Shown here one piece after another: positions 63,205 through 64,000 of a DNA stretch of 64,000 bases. This DNA comes from an uncultured Francisella sp. (lineage in GTDB: Bacteria > Pseudomonadota > Gammaproteobacteria > Thiomicrospirales > Thiomicrospiraceae). The position numbers were made by a program, and so were the translations under genes. Where the stretch lies: NCBI GenBank assembly GCA_964646525.1, contig CAZYER010000001.1, positions 14,719-78,718 on the forward strand, read 5' to 3'. Positions within the stretch are counted from its first letter, which is position 1. Every line of letters begins with the position of its first letter. The notes beneath the pieces were generated by a model. It saw nothing but the letters and a program-made list of their open reading frames with translations. It did no database searches and was not told the DNA's origin.

Positions 63205-64000
63205 CTAAGCTAAGTGTTCAACACGTAACCAAGCAACGGGCGCTTTAAGATCAGAAAGCTCCGATAGCTGCGTTAGCGCACTCATAAAGGCCGCTTCTTG
63301 CACCACATTGGTTAACAGTACCAGCGTAGCAGCCGACTTTGCGCTGTCCGGTTGTTGGCGCATCTCTTCAATACTAATGCCTTCATGCGCTAACACCGCA
63401 GAAATCTTAGCCAACACACCCGGCGCGTCCGTCACGTTTAAACGCAAATAATAAGCCGTTTGAATCTCTGACGATGGGAGAATGGGTAAAGGGGACAAAT
63501 CCTTCATTGGTACGCCTAATGCTGGACGCAACACTTGACCAGAACGCATGGCGATGCAGACATCAACAATATCCGCAACCACGGCTGAACCCGTTGGCAA
63601 ACCACCCGCACCAGCACCCGAATAGAGCGTCGTACCAACGGCATTACCATTGACCATCACCGCATTCATCACATCATCAACATTGGCGAGCAACTTAGAT
63701 TTAGGCACTAACGCCGACTGAACACGCAATTCAATGCCCGCTTCACGACGACGCGCAATACCTAATGATTTGATTTTATACCCTAAATCGTCCGCCCAAG
63801 CGATATCATCCGCTGTGACCATGGTAATGCCTTCAATCAACATACCCTGACGCGATAATGGCACACCAAAAGCGACTGATGCCAAAATAGCCAGTTTGTG
63901 CGAAGCATCAATACCATCAATATCGAAGCTAGGCTCTGCTTCGGCGTAACCCAAGCGTTGCGCTTCTTTTAATACAGGCGCGAAATCATTGCCGGGCTTA
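63205..64000 (-). CDS. hom: Homoserine dehydrogenase; the N-terminal part lies outside the window
   Basis: The frame stays open to the window edge (…KEAQRLGYAEAEPSFDIDGIDASHKLAIL). There is a C-terminal ACT domain, and the gene lies upstream of thrC. Confidence 0.92.
   Translation of the reverse strand, partial: KPGNDFAPVLKEAQRLGYAEAEPSFDIDGIDASHKLAILASVAFGVPLSRQGMLIEGITMVTADDIAWADDLGYKIKSLGIARRREAGIELRVQSALVPKSKLLANVDDVMNAVMVNGNAVGTTLYSGAGAGGLPTGSAVVADIVDVCIAMRSGQVLRPALGVPMKDLSPLPILPSSEIQTAYYLRLNVTDAPGVLAKISAVLAHEGISIEEMRQQPDSAKSAATLVLLTNVVQEAAFMSALTQLSELSDLKAPVAWLRVEHLA

Overview
This is a core-chromosome window of a moderately AT-rich gammaproteobacterium. Gene order mirrors E. coli and Pseudomonas: gyrA-serC-pheA with divergent ubiG, zipA-ligA, dksA-gluQ, minCDE, aceE-aceF-lpd, clpS-clpA, and a glyW-cysT-leuZ-type tRNA operon. 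A CbbY-type phosphatase hints at a Calvin-cycle autotroph of the Thiotrichales type, but that is inference only. I can support about 60 protein genes, 8 tRNA genes in two clusters (three predicted promoters), one tmRNA (tag ANDENFALAA), several sigma70-like promoters and several rho-independent terminators. The only accessory-looking content is a czcCBA heavy-metal efflux operon with a trailing P-II-like gene and a ~270-bp IS481-like transposase remnant next to a tRNA cluster. I see no CRISPR array, rRNA, prophage, intact IS, toxin-antitoxin pair or recognisable defence system. I did not find a convincing novel multi-gene system. The least-explained signals are modest. They are a densely symmetric hom-thrC spacer whose hairpin module recurs 62 kb away, the P-II-like gene coupled to the RND pump, and a few uncharacterised or atypical genes: the trio after PIN-PhoH, a J-domain protein before clpS/clpA, a Cys-rich insert in ThrC, a one-Cys DksA and a YciK-like SDR lacking its catalytic residues. 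All functional calls rest on motifs read by eye and on synteny. No database search was run.
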